Part shown: one piece after another, positions 1-11,383 of the stretch
Layout: every line of letters starts with the position of its first letter
Position numbering within the stretch: position 1 is the first letter of the stretch
Source of the DNA: Mytilus trossulus
Taxonomy: Eukaryota
Assembly (NCBI RefSeq): GCF_036588685.1
Contig: NC_086386.1
Coordinates: forward strand, 1,054,001 to 1,118,000
Direction: 5' to 3'
DNA length: 64,000 bases
Program-made: the position numbers and the translations under genes
Notes under the pieces: model-generated
The model's input: the letters and a program-made list of their open reading frames with translations, nothing else
What the model was told of the DNA's origin: nothing
Databases searched by the model: none

Positions 1-108
1 ATTTCACAGTAGCATGGGTTCGAATCCCGGCGAGGGAAGAACAAAACATTTGCGAAAGCAAATTTACAGATCTAACATTGTTGGGTTGATGTTTAGACGA
101 GTTGTATA
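1..108 (+). mobile_element. tRNA-derived SINE (5' truncated by the window edge)
   Basis: B box GGTTCGAATCC followed by a non-tRNA body. Confidence 0.55.
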
Positions 109-114
109 TATGTA

Positions 115-415
115 CCGATTATCAGGTTATCTGCATGTTGATATCGTAAAATATCAGCTGCGAGACATAATATGAAGCTTTTTGTCGAGTGAGCGTAGCG
201 AACGAGATCAAAAAGCCTTCATATAATGTCAAGCAGCTGATATTTTACAATATCAATATGCAGATAATTTTATAATCGATTTATCGGGCTATATTTGCGT
301 GTTTTCTTTAATTGTTTCACCAGCACACAAAAGGTTACTTGATAAGTTCGGGTCAACGTTATTAACGTCGGTTCACACATTATGACGTCGCTGATATGTC
401 CGGGTCAAAGTTATT
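115..415 (+). mobile_element. Long-hairpin element (partial)
   Basis: Foldback 116-280 with a GCGTAGC tip. Confidence 0.62.
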
Positions 416-1771
416 AAGGGCATACGATACAGTTTCGATCCTGTATTTAAAAGTTCATGAAAATCTGCATAAAGGCTATTTTTTACCTGATTAAATCAAA
501 TATGTAATGAAAAATATACCTTCATGTGCTACTTTTTGAGTAAAATGAGGTCGAAATTTTGTATATTTGCTCGAAATTGAGATTTGTAGCCGTAATTTCT
601 TTTTCGAAAGAAAGACATAACTTTTTTGTTATAAAAGATAAAAACAAATTATATTATTTTGTGCGCACAATTTATTTATGTTGTGCGCACAATATATTTT
701 GTTTTCTTTGAATGTCCCTAGCAGGGCTCCGTAGTAAGTGGTACCTAATCTTCATCGTATTAATATACATTTGATATGTATTTATATATAAACATACATG
801 TTATATTCATTCTCAATTTTATTATAGTCATACACAAGAAGAACATTCTGATCACATCCATTCTCTTTTGTGAATCTTTGGTATCATTGACTAAATGAAT
901 ACAATTGCCTTAACCACTTTTTATCAGTTTGGTGATTTTTTTCCTGAACAGATGTATTTGATGTGTCCGACATACTATGGTGAAATGACTTTACATGATA
1001 AATCATGTTTATATCAGAAAGTAAAAGAACCCATTAAAGGCATTGATGTGAAAAATACTCGTTACCTGAAAGGTTTCTTTCAGGAGAAGAAGTCCGATAC
1101 GGATGAAACTCAGGTTATCAAACCTAGAGGAGATATGTACACCCTATCCAAACAGCATGGGAGACGTAGAAGTACAGGAACTACCCAAATTAGTGTGAGC
1201 TGTACAAGATCTACAAAAATATCCCGCCTGCCCTAAAGGTGCATAGGGTCGACCACGATCCAGTACTAATGGTACAAATATCTACCGGAGTTACACTGAC
1301 GTGGTAGTAAGTACTTAAAGGTCACCATACGGCCTCCAACAATGAAAAAAACAACATTTGGTCGGCTATAAAATGCCCCGACCATAAACATTTGAAAATA
1401 TTCAAACAAAACTAACGGCCTTATTGATAACAAAAGAGTCTACGAAAATCCGACATGAACCATGAACAGCAACCACTATACTACATGTTCCTGGCTTTTG
1501 AATGGGCATTGTCACATAAACAAATGTAGTGGCCATAAACCAAACCCTTCCCAATGAACCCAACTTAGGACAACAAACGCAAGAAAAACTGTTAAATATC
1601 AGTTGCAATTTGCTTCCCTTAGAATGTTGGTACGGTGCACAATATTCACTTACATAAAAACAATGAACACAAAGCACCGAGATAAAAGTACTCGAGGTCA
1701 CTGAAAGCTATTTCAAAACTAGCGAAAATGTAAACGCACTAGGGGACATAGACATGGACGTCAAGTTGGTT

Positions 1772-2105
1772 ACTTATTCCCTATTCGTTACCTATTCCCT
1801 ATTTCCTATTCGTTATCTATTCCCTATTCCCTATTCGTTACCCATTCGTTACCTATTCCCTATTCCCTATTCGTTACCTATTCGTTACCTATTCCCTATT
1901 CCCTATTCGTTACCTATTCGTTACCTATTCCCTATTCCCTATTCGTTACCTATTCCCTATTCCCTATTCGTTACCTATTCGTTACCTATTCCCTATTCCC
2001 TATTCGTTACCTATTCGTAACTTATTCCCTATTCCCTATCGTTACATATTCCATATCGTTACCTATTCGTTACTTATTCCCTATTCCTTATTCGTTACTT
2101 ATTCG
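1772..2105 (+). repeat. Compound microsatellite of TTCGTTACCTA and TTCCCTA units
   Basis: Directly visible; produces the spurious ORF 1754..2020. Confidence 0.95.
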
Positions 2106-2364
2106 ATTTTTAATATCCTTCCCACTTTTTAATTGTTTATACTCTTATATCTGGTAATAGTTCTAAATTTGTTGAGGTAACATGATCTTTTTATGACCTA
2201 TTTATATGTGTTTGTGCTCAACCGATCCTTTTACTTTGTGTTCGATACTCATTTGTTCCTTATTTGATTTTTATACGTTCTACCTTTTAACTGCTTTATG
2301 TCCGTAAGTTTGAAGATGGATCTTGGTTCGAAGGGATGAAATCACCGTGTTAGCGCTTGTATAA

Positions 2365-2682
2365 AAAAGAAGATGTGGTATGATTGCCAATGAGACAACA
2401 CCCCACAATAGACCAAAATGACACAGAAATTGTCAACTATAGGTCACTGTACGGCCTTCAACAATGAGCATAGCCCAAACCGTGTAGTCACCTATAAAAG
2501 GCCCAGACATGACAATCTCAAAAAATTCAAACAACAAAACTAACGGCCGTATTTCATATACAAAAAAATAAACGGAAAACAATTATGTAACACAAAAACA
2601 AATAACTACTCAATTTCAGGCTCTTGTCTAGGGACAGGCACATACTAACATTATGTGGTGCGGTTAAACATGTTAGCAGGGT
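2365..2682 (+). mobile_element. Abundant unclassified interspersed repeat (also 1315-1540, 16140-16375, 43630-43940, 62300-62490)
   Basis: Shared gatgtggtatgattgccaatgagacaac...cggccttcaacaatgag. Confidence 0.6.
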
Positions 2683-2689
2683 GAACATT

Positions 2690-5560
2690 GTTTAATTCGT
2701 TCCATTACTCGCTTATAATACGTGTGTCATACGTTGCACCTTTTTAAACATGATTTTCAATTGTTTTGTTGTCTCTGGTGGTACATTTGGGTTCTTAGAG
2801 GTTATATAACTCTATAAGCGCATATATACCCGTTCCAGCTCTCGGATAATATCCTGTTAAATATTCGTTACTTATTCGCTTTTAATACGTTTGTTGTACG
2901 TTGCACCTTTTAGAAAAGGATTTTCAATAGTGTCCATGTCTCTGGTGGTAACAATGTGTTCTTAGAGATGAAATGACCCTATTAGCGCGCATGTACCCGT
3001 TCCAGCGCTCGATTATTACCCTGTTACCTTTTCGTTACCTATTCGTTATTTATTCACTTATAATACGTTTGTTGTACGTTAAACCTTTAAGAAAAGGATT
3101 TTCAATTGTGTTCATGTCTCTGGTGGTAACAATGTGTTCTTAGAGATGAAATGACCTATTAGCGCGTATGTATCCGGTCCAGCGCTTGGATAATAACCGG
3201 TTACTTATTCGTTCCTTATTCGCTTTAAATGGCAAGGTAAACGTTGTACCTTAAAATACATCGTTTTTTAATTGTGTTCATGTCTCTGGTGGTAACAATG
3301 TGTTCTTAGCGATGAAATGACCCAATAAGCGCGCATGTTCCCGTTCAAGCGCTCGGTTAATACCCTGTTACCTATCCGTTACCTATTCACTTATAATACG
3401 TTTGTTGTACATTGCACCTTCTAGAAAAAAGGATTTTCAATTGTGTCAATGACTATGGTGGTAACAATGTGTTCTAAGAAATGAAATGACCCTATTAGCG
3501 CGCATGTTCCCGTTCCAGCGCTCAGATAATATCCGGTTACTTATTCTTTACCTATTCACTTATAATACGTTTGTTGTACATTGCACCTTTTAGAAAAAAA
3601 GGATTTTCAATTACGTCCATGTCTCTGGTGGTAACAATGTGTTCTTAGAGATGAAATGACCCTAATAGCGTGCATGTATCCGTTCCAGCGCTTGGTAAAT
3701 ACCCTGTTACCTATATACAATTTTTTTCAGGTACAACGTTTTCCCTGCGTATTAAAAGCGAATAAGGAACGAATAAGTAACCGGGTATTATCCGAGCGGT
3801 GGAACGGGTACATACGCGCTAAAAGGGGTATTTTATCTATAAGAACACAATGTTACCACCAGAGATATGAACACAATTGAAAAATCCTTTTTCTAAAAGG
3901 TGCAACGTACAACAAACGTATTAAAAGCGAATAAGTAACGAATAGGTAACGAATACGTAACAGGGTATTAACCGAACGCTGAAACGGGTACATCAGCGCA
4001 AATAGGGTCTTTTCATCTCTAAGAACACAAATGGAAATCCTTTGCTAAAAGGTGCAACGTACAACAAACGTATTATAAGTGAAAATGTAACGAAAAGGTA
4101 ACGAATAGGTAACAGGGTATTAACCGATCGCTGGAATGGGTACATGCGCGCTTATATGGTCATTTCATCTCTAAGAACACATTGTTACCACCAGAGACAT
4201 GGACACAATTGAAAATCCTTTTCTAAAAGGTGCAACGTACAACACACGTATTATAAGTGAATAGGTAACGAATAGGTAACAAATTGGTAACAGGGTATTA
4301 ACCGAGCGCTGGAACGGGTACATGCGCGCTAATAGGGTCATTTCTTCTCTAAGAACACATTGTTACCACCAGAGACATGGACACAGTTGAAAATTCTTTT
4401 CTAAAAGTTGCAACGTACAACAAACGTATTATAAGTGAATAGGTAACGAATAGGTAACAAGGTATTAACCGAGCGCTGGAACAGGTGCATACGAGCTAAT
4501 AGGGTTATTTAAGAAATAATTCATGGGGGCTTGAATATATCGTGATTTTACCACGGGTTGGCCCTTTATGACAAATATTTTACCCTGAGCGATAGCGAGG
4601 GGTAAAATATCGGCATAAAGGGACAACCCGTGGTAAAATCTAGATATATTCAAGCCCCCATGAATTATTTCTATTCTAATAGGTCAAATACGGCAATTCT
4701 TTTGGATCGAAGCGCTCTAGGTGGAGGCAAATATTTTCCATTCCCATAAATAAACGCACTTTTAAATTGGCGTAAAAGAACGGAGCAAACTGAATTAGTG
4801 ACATGCTTAAACTATTTAAAATAACGTATATAGATAGTTTTAATTAATATAAATGATAATTTACTTATATGTCTTAAATATTTCAACAAATGTGGCTTAT
4901 AACACATTTTAGCATCGTTTGTTTACGTTTCCATGTTGTGATGATTTTCGGATTTAAAAGTGTGTATTTTTCCCGTAAAATGCTCATATTCTAACGTCAT
5001 CGTTTTATGACGTCGCGAAACTCATTCATAAAAAAGCATATGACGTGGGAGTACGATCGGAACAGCCCATGCAATATATTCAAATTTTACCACGGGTGTG
5101 TACTCAAAGCGTATGAAGGACGTCATGTTAGAATTCGTCTTTAAGAACACATTGTCACCACCATAACGATGGACACAATTAAAAATCCTTTTCTAAAAGG
5201 TGCAACGTACAACAAACGTATTATAAGTGAAAAGGTAACGAATAGGTAACGAATAAGTAACAGGGTATTAACCGAGCGCTGGAACGGGTACATGCGTGCT
5301 AATAGGGTCATTTCATCTCTAAGAACACATTGTTACCACCAGAGACATGGACAAAATTGAAAATCCTTTTCTAAAAGTTGCAACGTACAACAAACGTTTT
5401 ATAAGTGAATAGGTTACGAATAGGTAACAAATAGGTATCAGGATATTAACCGAGCGCTGGAACGGGTGCATACGAGTTAAGAACACATTGTTACCACCAG
5501 AACGATGGACACAATTGAAAATCCTTTTCTAAAAGGTGCAACGTACAACAAACGTATTAT
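2690..5560. repeat. ~166-179-bp satellite array: forward copies 2690-3715, inverted copies 3730-5560
   Basis: ctctggtggtaacaatgtgttcttag recurs about every 170 bp, then appears as the reverse complement. Confidence 0.92.
4510..5134 (+). mobile_element. Non-autonomous long-hairpin element inserted in a satellite monomer
   Basis: ~160-bp foldback at 4512-4672; arm core ttttaccacggg repeated at ~5085; the satellite resumes at 5135. Confidence 0.72.
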
Positions 5561-6638
5561 AGAGAATTCTCGATATCTGACTTTACTAACGTCAAACATA
5601 AAGTATACGTAAGAAATCAAAATTAAGACTATATTTGAGATTGAATTGTCTCCCTTTTTCCTAAATGCATTCAGCTATAATTTCGCCTTTATCTTCATAT
5701 GTTTTCTTTATCTAATTAGGATACTAGTATTTGAAGTAAAACAACATTAGTGGAAAACGTTTATTTTCAGTTAGGGAATCATGAATACATTGGACAAATA
5801 AACAATATTTTGTTGGTTGATACTGTACGTGTAAGTTTTTGTTTGATAGAAACAAACCGATCAAAAAACAGATACAGCCCAATGCCATTAATTGGCTGAA
5901 TTTTGCTTTATGATCTGGTGTGGTCTTTTTGAAATGTTTTCGTCTTTCATTTTTTTATAATTCGTCATCCCGGACTTTAATATCTCAGATCGTTAATCTA
6001 TGTCCTAGCTTAGACTATTTCTTACGAGTTATTTATTGTGAATTGTTGCAACCTTTTTTTTAAACTGATTTTTACCGACTGCTGTTGTATCGCTTTCTAA
6101 ACTTAGGAGATCATTTTGAGTCGGTAAACATGTTTGTCCACCGCCATAATTTATGCTCAGTCATATGCTACTCGGTGTTTGACTTTGTTGCTGCTTATAA
6201 TATTTGTGTTTGGTTCGCACATGTTTGCTTTCTCGTTTTAATTCCCTTTCCAAAAAAGAGATTTCGTCAGTGCACAATTAGTCGATCTTTAAGCTAACAT
6301 GCACGTCTTAAAACTTGAAAAAGCAGTTTTGTTTTTTTATTATTGATTTTGGTGACTTAAAATTATTGCCCATTAAATCGCAAGAAAAATAATCGTAATT
6401 AATGGAAGCAAAGGAAGTTATAAAGAGCTGATATTCAGTTTAGGATTCAATAACTGGAAACACTGCTATACATCTGTTATACTTTGTTTTAAATGTCAAG
6501 GGTTAATTATTAAGTCAAAGCATGATATAATTATTATAATATTATAATTGAAGTAAAAAATCTCAAAATACAAATATCATCTCACTTTGTTGACGATATT
6601 CACGATATTCACACCAAAATAGGTTGTATCTCTAATTT

Positions 6639-7133
6639 AAAGTTGTGTTTGACGTAAAGTTGTGTTTTGCGTATACTAGTAGTTAAAGTTGTGTTTGACG
6701 TAAAGTTGTGTTTTGCGTATACTAGTAGTTAAAGTTGTGTTTGACGTAAAGTTGTGTTTTGCGTATACTAGTAGTTAAAGTTGTGTTTTACGTAAAGTTG
6801 TGTTTTGCGTATACTAGTAGTTAAAGTTGTGTTTGACGTTTTTACGTAAAGTTGTGTTTTGCGTATACTAGTAGTTAAAGTTGTGTTTGACGTAAAGTTG
6901 TGTTTTGCGTATACTAGTAGTTAAAGTTGTGTTTTACGTAAAGTTGTGTTTTGCGTATACTAGTAGTTAAAGTTGTGTTTGACGTTTTTACGTAAAGTTG
7001 TGTTTTGCGTATACTAGTAGTTAAAGTTGTGTTTGACGTAAAGTTGTGTTTTGTGTATACTAGTAGTTAAAGTTGTGTTTTACGTAAAGTTGTGTTTTGC
7101 GTATACTAGTAGTTAAAGTTGTGTTTTGCGTAT
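6639..7133 (+). repeat. 46-bp minisatellite, ~10 copies
   Basis: Unit aagttgtgtttgacgtaaagttgtgttttgcgtatactagtagtta. Confidence 0.95.
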
Positions 7134-8036
7134 AGTTATTATTACTAGTATTTTGAAGGTTTGTTTTAACCCCGTCAGAAAGACATTATAGTCAAGTCAG
7201 AATCACCATGTGTAAAATTATAAAAAAATATCTATAGATAAATTTTAATGGTTGATACAAAACTTCACGCCAACATATACATGTGTCGAAGATAGTTCTT
7301 GTTTGTTTATTGTCGTCAGTACATAATTAAGGCAATCTGAAATTGAGCCCTGGGTCTGGACTAAAACTCAATAATGAAGGTCATACGGTAACCAATAGTT
7401 GCTTAAAATCAACATTACTCCCCCTTGTAGTTAGCTATCTGATTGTTTATATTGTTAGATATCGACCATTCATCTTTTGTGGTTAAACATAGGATTTTTA
7501 AACAGTTTTATTCTTTATGCTTCATATATACTTCATCAAATTGTCTGTACGAAATAAAATGCCCCTCCGCACCAAATTTTCAAACAAATAAAAAGATTGT
7601 GCGTTCCTTCTACGATGTCAAAATTACCGAAAGAAATAACTGCGACCTTAACAGTGCCAATTTCAAGCCTAGTTACCGGATTTTTTTTTATTGTAATGCT
7701 TTATCTACCAAAATATTGTTTTTAATCTTAGAAGTATCTATATTCCCTTTTTCATATTAAAAATTTGCCGATTTTGTTTCTTGTTTTACCGTCAAAGAAG
7801 TAGTTTTAGAGTCTGAGCTTATCACACTTTATTCACATTAGAGTCAGTTAAACGTTGATGTATATTTGGACCATTTATAATCAAAAAAAGAAAAACTAAG
7901 TGATCATGGTATGATAACATTATAATACTAAAACCAAAAGTTAGCATTTGCTATGATGAAAAGGGAAAGGCCATGTACGTTAAAAGTGATAAGTGTAATA
8001 TGTACATGGATGTTTATTCTAAATGTTTAGATGTTT

Positions 8037-8127
8037 AATAAAATATATAAACACTATAGAATCAAGGAATTGTAAATATCACTTATAAGTACAATTCCTT
8101 GATTCTATAGTGTTTATATATTTTATT
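8037..8127. repeat. Perfect 38-bp inverted repeat with a 15-nt spacer
   Basis: aataaaatatataaacactatagaatcaaggaattgta and its exact reverse complement. Confidence 0.85.
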
Positions 8128-8366
8128 CGATAACAAAAAGACAGAAATACAGTGTATTGATATGCATTGACAGATATACGCTGTAAGTGTGATATTTAAT
8201 TTATATCAACACTCGTGGTCTAGTGGTATCATGCATGAACTACAGACTTTTCTGACGAAAATACGCGCGAGTTAAAATTTAAAAAAAAAAATGCAATGGT
8301 GATCAGTGGATTCTTGAAAAATAACAATAGAACAATAGACTGACTTTATATAAACAAAATCAGTCA

Positions 8367-10357
8367 TTTTTTGTATCCCGCTACTAATAAGAAATTGTCA
8401 ATGACGTGTTAACTTCTTTTTTATGTGCGTTTGAGTAAAGACATGAAAGGCATTGACATTACTCTTTGTTGAAAGATATTTCAGATGAAAAATACGAATC
8501 CTTGTTTATTTACGATTAAAATGGCTTTTTTTTACAATCATTCAAACTTACTTTTAATAGACAATTCTTTTGTACCTTGTATGTATCTTTTATTTTCATT
8601 TTGAAGAGAAGAGATACGTAAATAGTTGAAGTAATTTGTGTCATGGTAGCAAAAGAGAGTAAAAAAGTAAAAAATCCTTCAGCCTAATCTTTATACTACC
8701 TGATTTTGAATCTTGTAGTTGTAGTGTATCTAGCACGAGGTTTTCGCAAATATTCTTTTCTAAAGCAAATAAATCGCGTAATTCTGTTTCGGTTGACCGA
8801 TTTTACAACCACATGTACATGCTTTAGTTCAACGAAGTACTTAGATATTGTCTTCAAATAATTTTAAGCTTTCTTATACCCCATATATTTCTGAAAATCA
8901 TTCATATTATAAATGTATTGGTTAACTTGGTTTATTTTTTCTGTACTAATTTTCATCATAAGTGATTTCTGTTTTGGTCAATTCATTTTATTTGTAAACA
9001 TTATATACTCTACACTATAAGTAGTTAGTTTGCTAAAACAATCATTCGTCTTTGAGAGTTTAAATGATCTTCACTTAGGCACAAATATTTGTAAAGCATT
9101 GCATATTTGTAACCAAATATCTTCTACATATTGCATAATTATTGTATTTCGTTAACGATAAATGAAAGTTCTAAAGTCATAAGACTCTAATGTAAAAAGA
9201 AGTTTTCAAATCTCAAGTCCGAGGGTAGTCTTTATTAATTTGTGTTTAGTAATACTATTACTTTTTGTCAATGTTTTATAAATAGTATAATCAATTTATG
9301 ACTTTTGAACATCGGTAAACTACTATTGCTTTTATTTATATTGCAAAACATCGATATTATCGTCATTTTATTAACAATTTTTAAATTCTATAGAACAAAA
9401 TCTCAAAGTTGTTTAAAATTATAAAGTTACTAATCAATCGTTCTATGTTGGGGTGTGAATATTTGAGGTTATAATCAGGTTATAATTAAGTGATTTTTGT
9501 GTCATATTTGTTGTCCTGTTCAGATTATAATTAGGTGATTTTTGTGTCCTATTTCAGGTTCTGTTCAGGTTATAATTGCGTGATTTTTGTGTCATTTTTG
9601 TGGTCCTGTTCATGTTATAATTAAGTGATTTTTGTGTCCTTTTTTAAGGTTCCGTTCATGTTATAATAAGTGATTTTTGTGTCATATTTGAGGTTCTGTT
9701 CAGGTTATAATTAAGTGATTTTTGTGTCGTATTTGTGGTTCTCTTCAGGTTATCATTAAATAATTTTTATGTCATATTTGAGGTTCTGTTCAGATTATAG
9801 TTAAGTGATTTTTGTGTCATATTTGAGGTCCTGTTCATGTTATAATTAGGTACAACAGATTAAATATTAACTGTACGTAGTTTAAAAGTAAATAGAAGAC
9901 GTCAAAAGGGAGCTACATGCAGTACTAATTTACTCATTGAAATAAACACATACAAGCGTCGCAGAGGCACGAAATGAATTTGTTAATCTAAAATAACATT
10001 GTGTTGTCAAAAAGATGGTACAATAGACTAGCGGTATATTAGAAAATAAACTGACAATGCCATAGCTTAAATTAAAAGACAAAAAGACAAAAAGACAAAC
10101 AGTCGAACAGACAAATAGACAAACAGTCGAACAGACAACTAATAGTACACAAAATACAACATAGAAAACTAAAGGCTGATCAACACAAACCCAACCAAAT
10201 CTTTGGGTGATCTCAGGTGCACCGGAAGGGTATGGAGATCCTGTTCCACATTTGACATCAGTGGTGTTGTTCGTGTAAGTACAAACCGGTTCAAAAGTTT
10301 AATTCGGAGGGTCACATAAAGGAAAAGGAGATGGGAGTGTAGTTACGACATTGAGAA
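8367..10357 (+). repeat. Segmental duplication block X (paralog at 45646-47560)
   Basis: Colinear diverged similarity over ~2 kb, including the shared 45-bp VNTR. Confidence 0.88.
9465..9850 (+). repeat. 45-bp minisatellite, ~8 copies (3 copies in the paralogous segment at 46935-47072)
   Basis: Unit caggttataattaagtgatttttgtgtcatatttgaggttctgtt. Confidence 0.92.
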
Positions 10358-10452
10358 CATATCTGCTATCATCTGTGAAAAGGATATTCTATAAAAAGGG
10401 TCGAAAGATACTAAAAAGTTCAAACTGATAGATAGAAAATAAACTGATAATA

Positions 10453-11000
10453 TAGTATCATAATACTCAGATTGTTTGAATCATAGAAAACTTGATAAAT
10501 TTACATATTTTCACTTTAAATATGGTGGTGTTACTGTTATTGTCAATTACTTTTGCTTGACCATCTCCTTCCTAATAATGCTGTACTTTCTCTCAAACAG
10601 AAAATAGCTTGACCATTTTCTATTGAAAAATGACTTAACCAACTCTTAATGGAAACCAGCTTGATCATACCCAAATGGAAGATAGCTTGAAAAATTTCCA
10701 TTTGAATTTTGAGGGGTTTTCTATCAAAAAATTTAATTAATTAGTTTTATTTCTCTTAACAAAATTTTGTTAATTGGGTCAGGCATTTACAAGAAAGAAC
10801 AATTTTATTCGATCTTACTAATATTCCTTTCAGAGAAACCAATGAAAAAGTGACTAGAAACAGCCTTCCTTCCATCATTTGTCCTTGCTGAACATTTGCT
10901 CTCCTACAAAACATATAACATTTATGTGTTGTCCCTGCCCCTATAATAGATGTGTGGTTTGCCTTTTCCACTCTTTTGCAACTTATCCCTGTTAATCCCC
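10453..11000 (-). pseudogene. Duplicated remnant of the gene 2 terminal exon end and 3' UTR (source 58774-59330)
   Basis: Encodes SGKGKPHI followed by a 1-nt deletion; 3' UTR sequence colinear with the source. Confidence 0.82.
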
Positions 11001-11092
11001 CTTAAATCATTCAGATTTAATTAAGTAAAAAAAAATCCAGAAATTTATAAACAAATTTGCTTGATAAGAAAATCAACGGATGTTTCTCATTA

Positions 11093-11098
11093 TTTATT
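11093..11098 (-). promoter_or_regulatory. Candidate polyadenylation signal AATAAA for cPLA2
   Basis: AATAAA about 115 nt downstream of the stop codon; AT-rich context limits certainty. Confidence 0.4.
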
Positions 11099-11210
11099 TT
11101 GCAAATACACATATACTTAGTGTTTTCATTTTCCGAGCGGATTAATGACAATAACTGGACACTTCATTTATGATTTTTTTTTACATTCATTCCTTTCACA
11201 GTCAGTTTAT

Positions 11211-11383
11211 TTAATTATTTTGCTTTCGGTGAATTGCTTCCGAAATGCAATCGACTATCTTCTTTTCGTTTTCTAGAACATTGTGTTGAACCAAGGAATT
11301 TAATTTATTGAATTCTTCTTCGGAATAGTTTAATCTCATTGTGTGATAATTGGAATGTATATCAAAATCATGTTTGCTATCAC
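11211..11383 (-). CDS. PLA2G4: cPLA2 terminal coding exon (GDSKHDFDI...LNYSEEEFNKLNSLVQHNVL...KQNN*)
   Basis: tttttttag acceptor, conserved C-terminal helix, TAA at 11213-11211. Confidence 0.92.

Noticed and set aside
1-40. tRNA gene (also 45215-45278, 35800-35860, 36175-36310)
   Set aside because: A/B-box-like motifs only, no full cloverleaf; these are SINE heads.
895-1236. 113-aa ORF
   Set aside because: No recognisable motif and no convincing splice partners; could be a TE or gene remnant, but unsupported.
1754-2020. 88-aa repetitive ORF
   Set aside because: It is the translation of a compound microsatellite.
1780-2100. Telomeric repeat
   Set aside because: The units are TTCCCTA / TTCGTTACCTA, not TTAGGG arrays.
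6639-7133. CRISPR-like array (also considered for 9465-9850 and 44394-44764)
   Set aside because: Contiguous tandem units with no unique spacers, no cas genes, and a eukaryotic context.
7443-7830. Possible final cPLA2 exon or independent CDS
   Set aside because: Stops in the relevant minus-strand frames; the true terminal exon is at 11383-11211.
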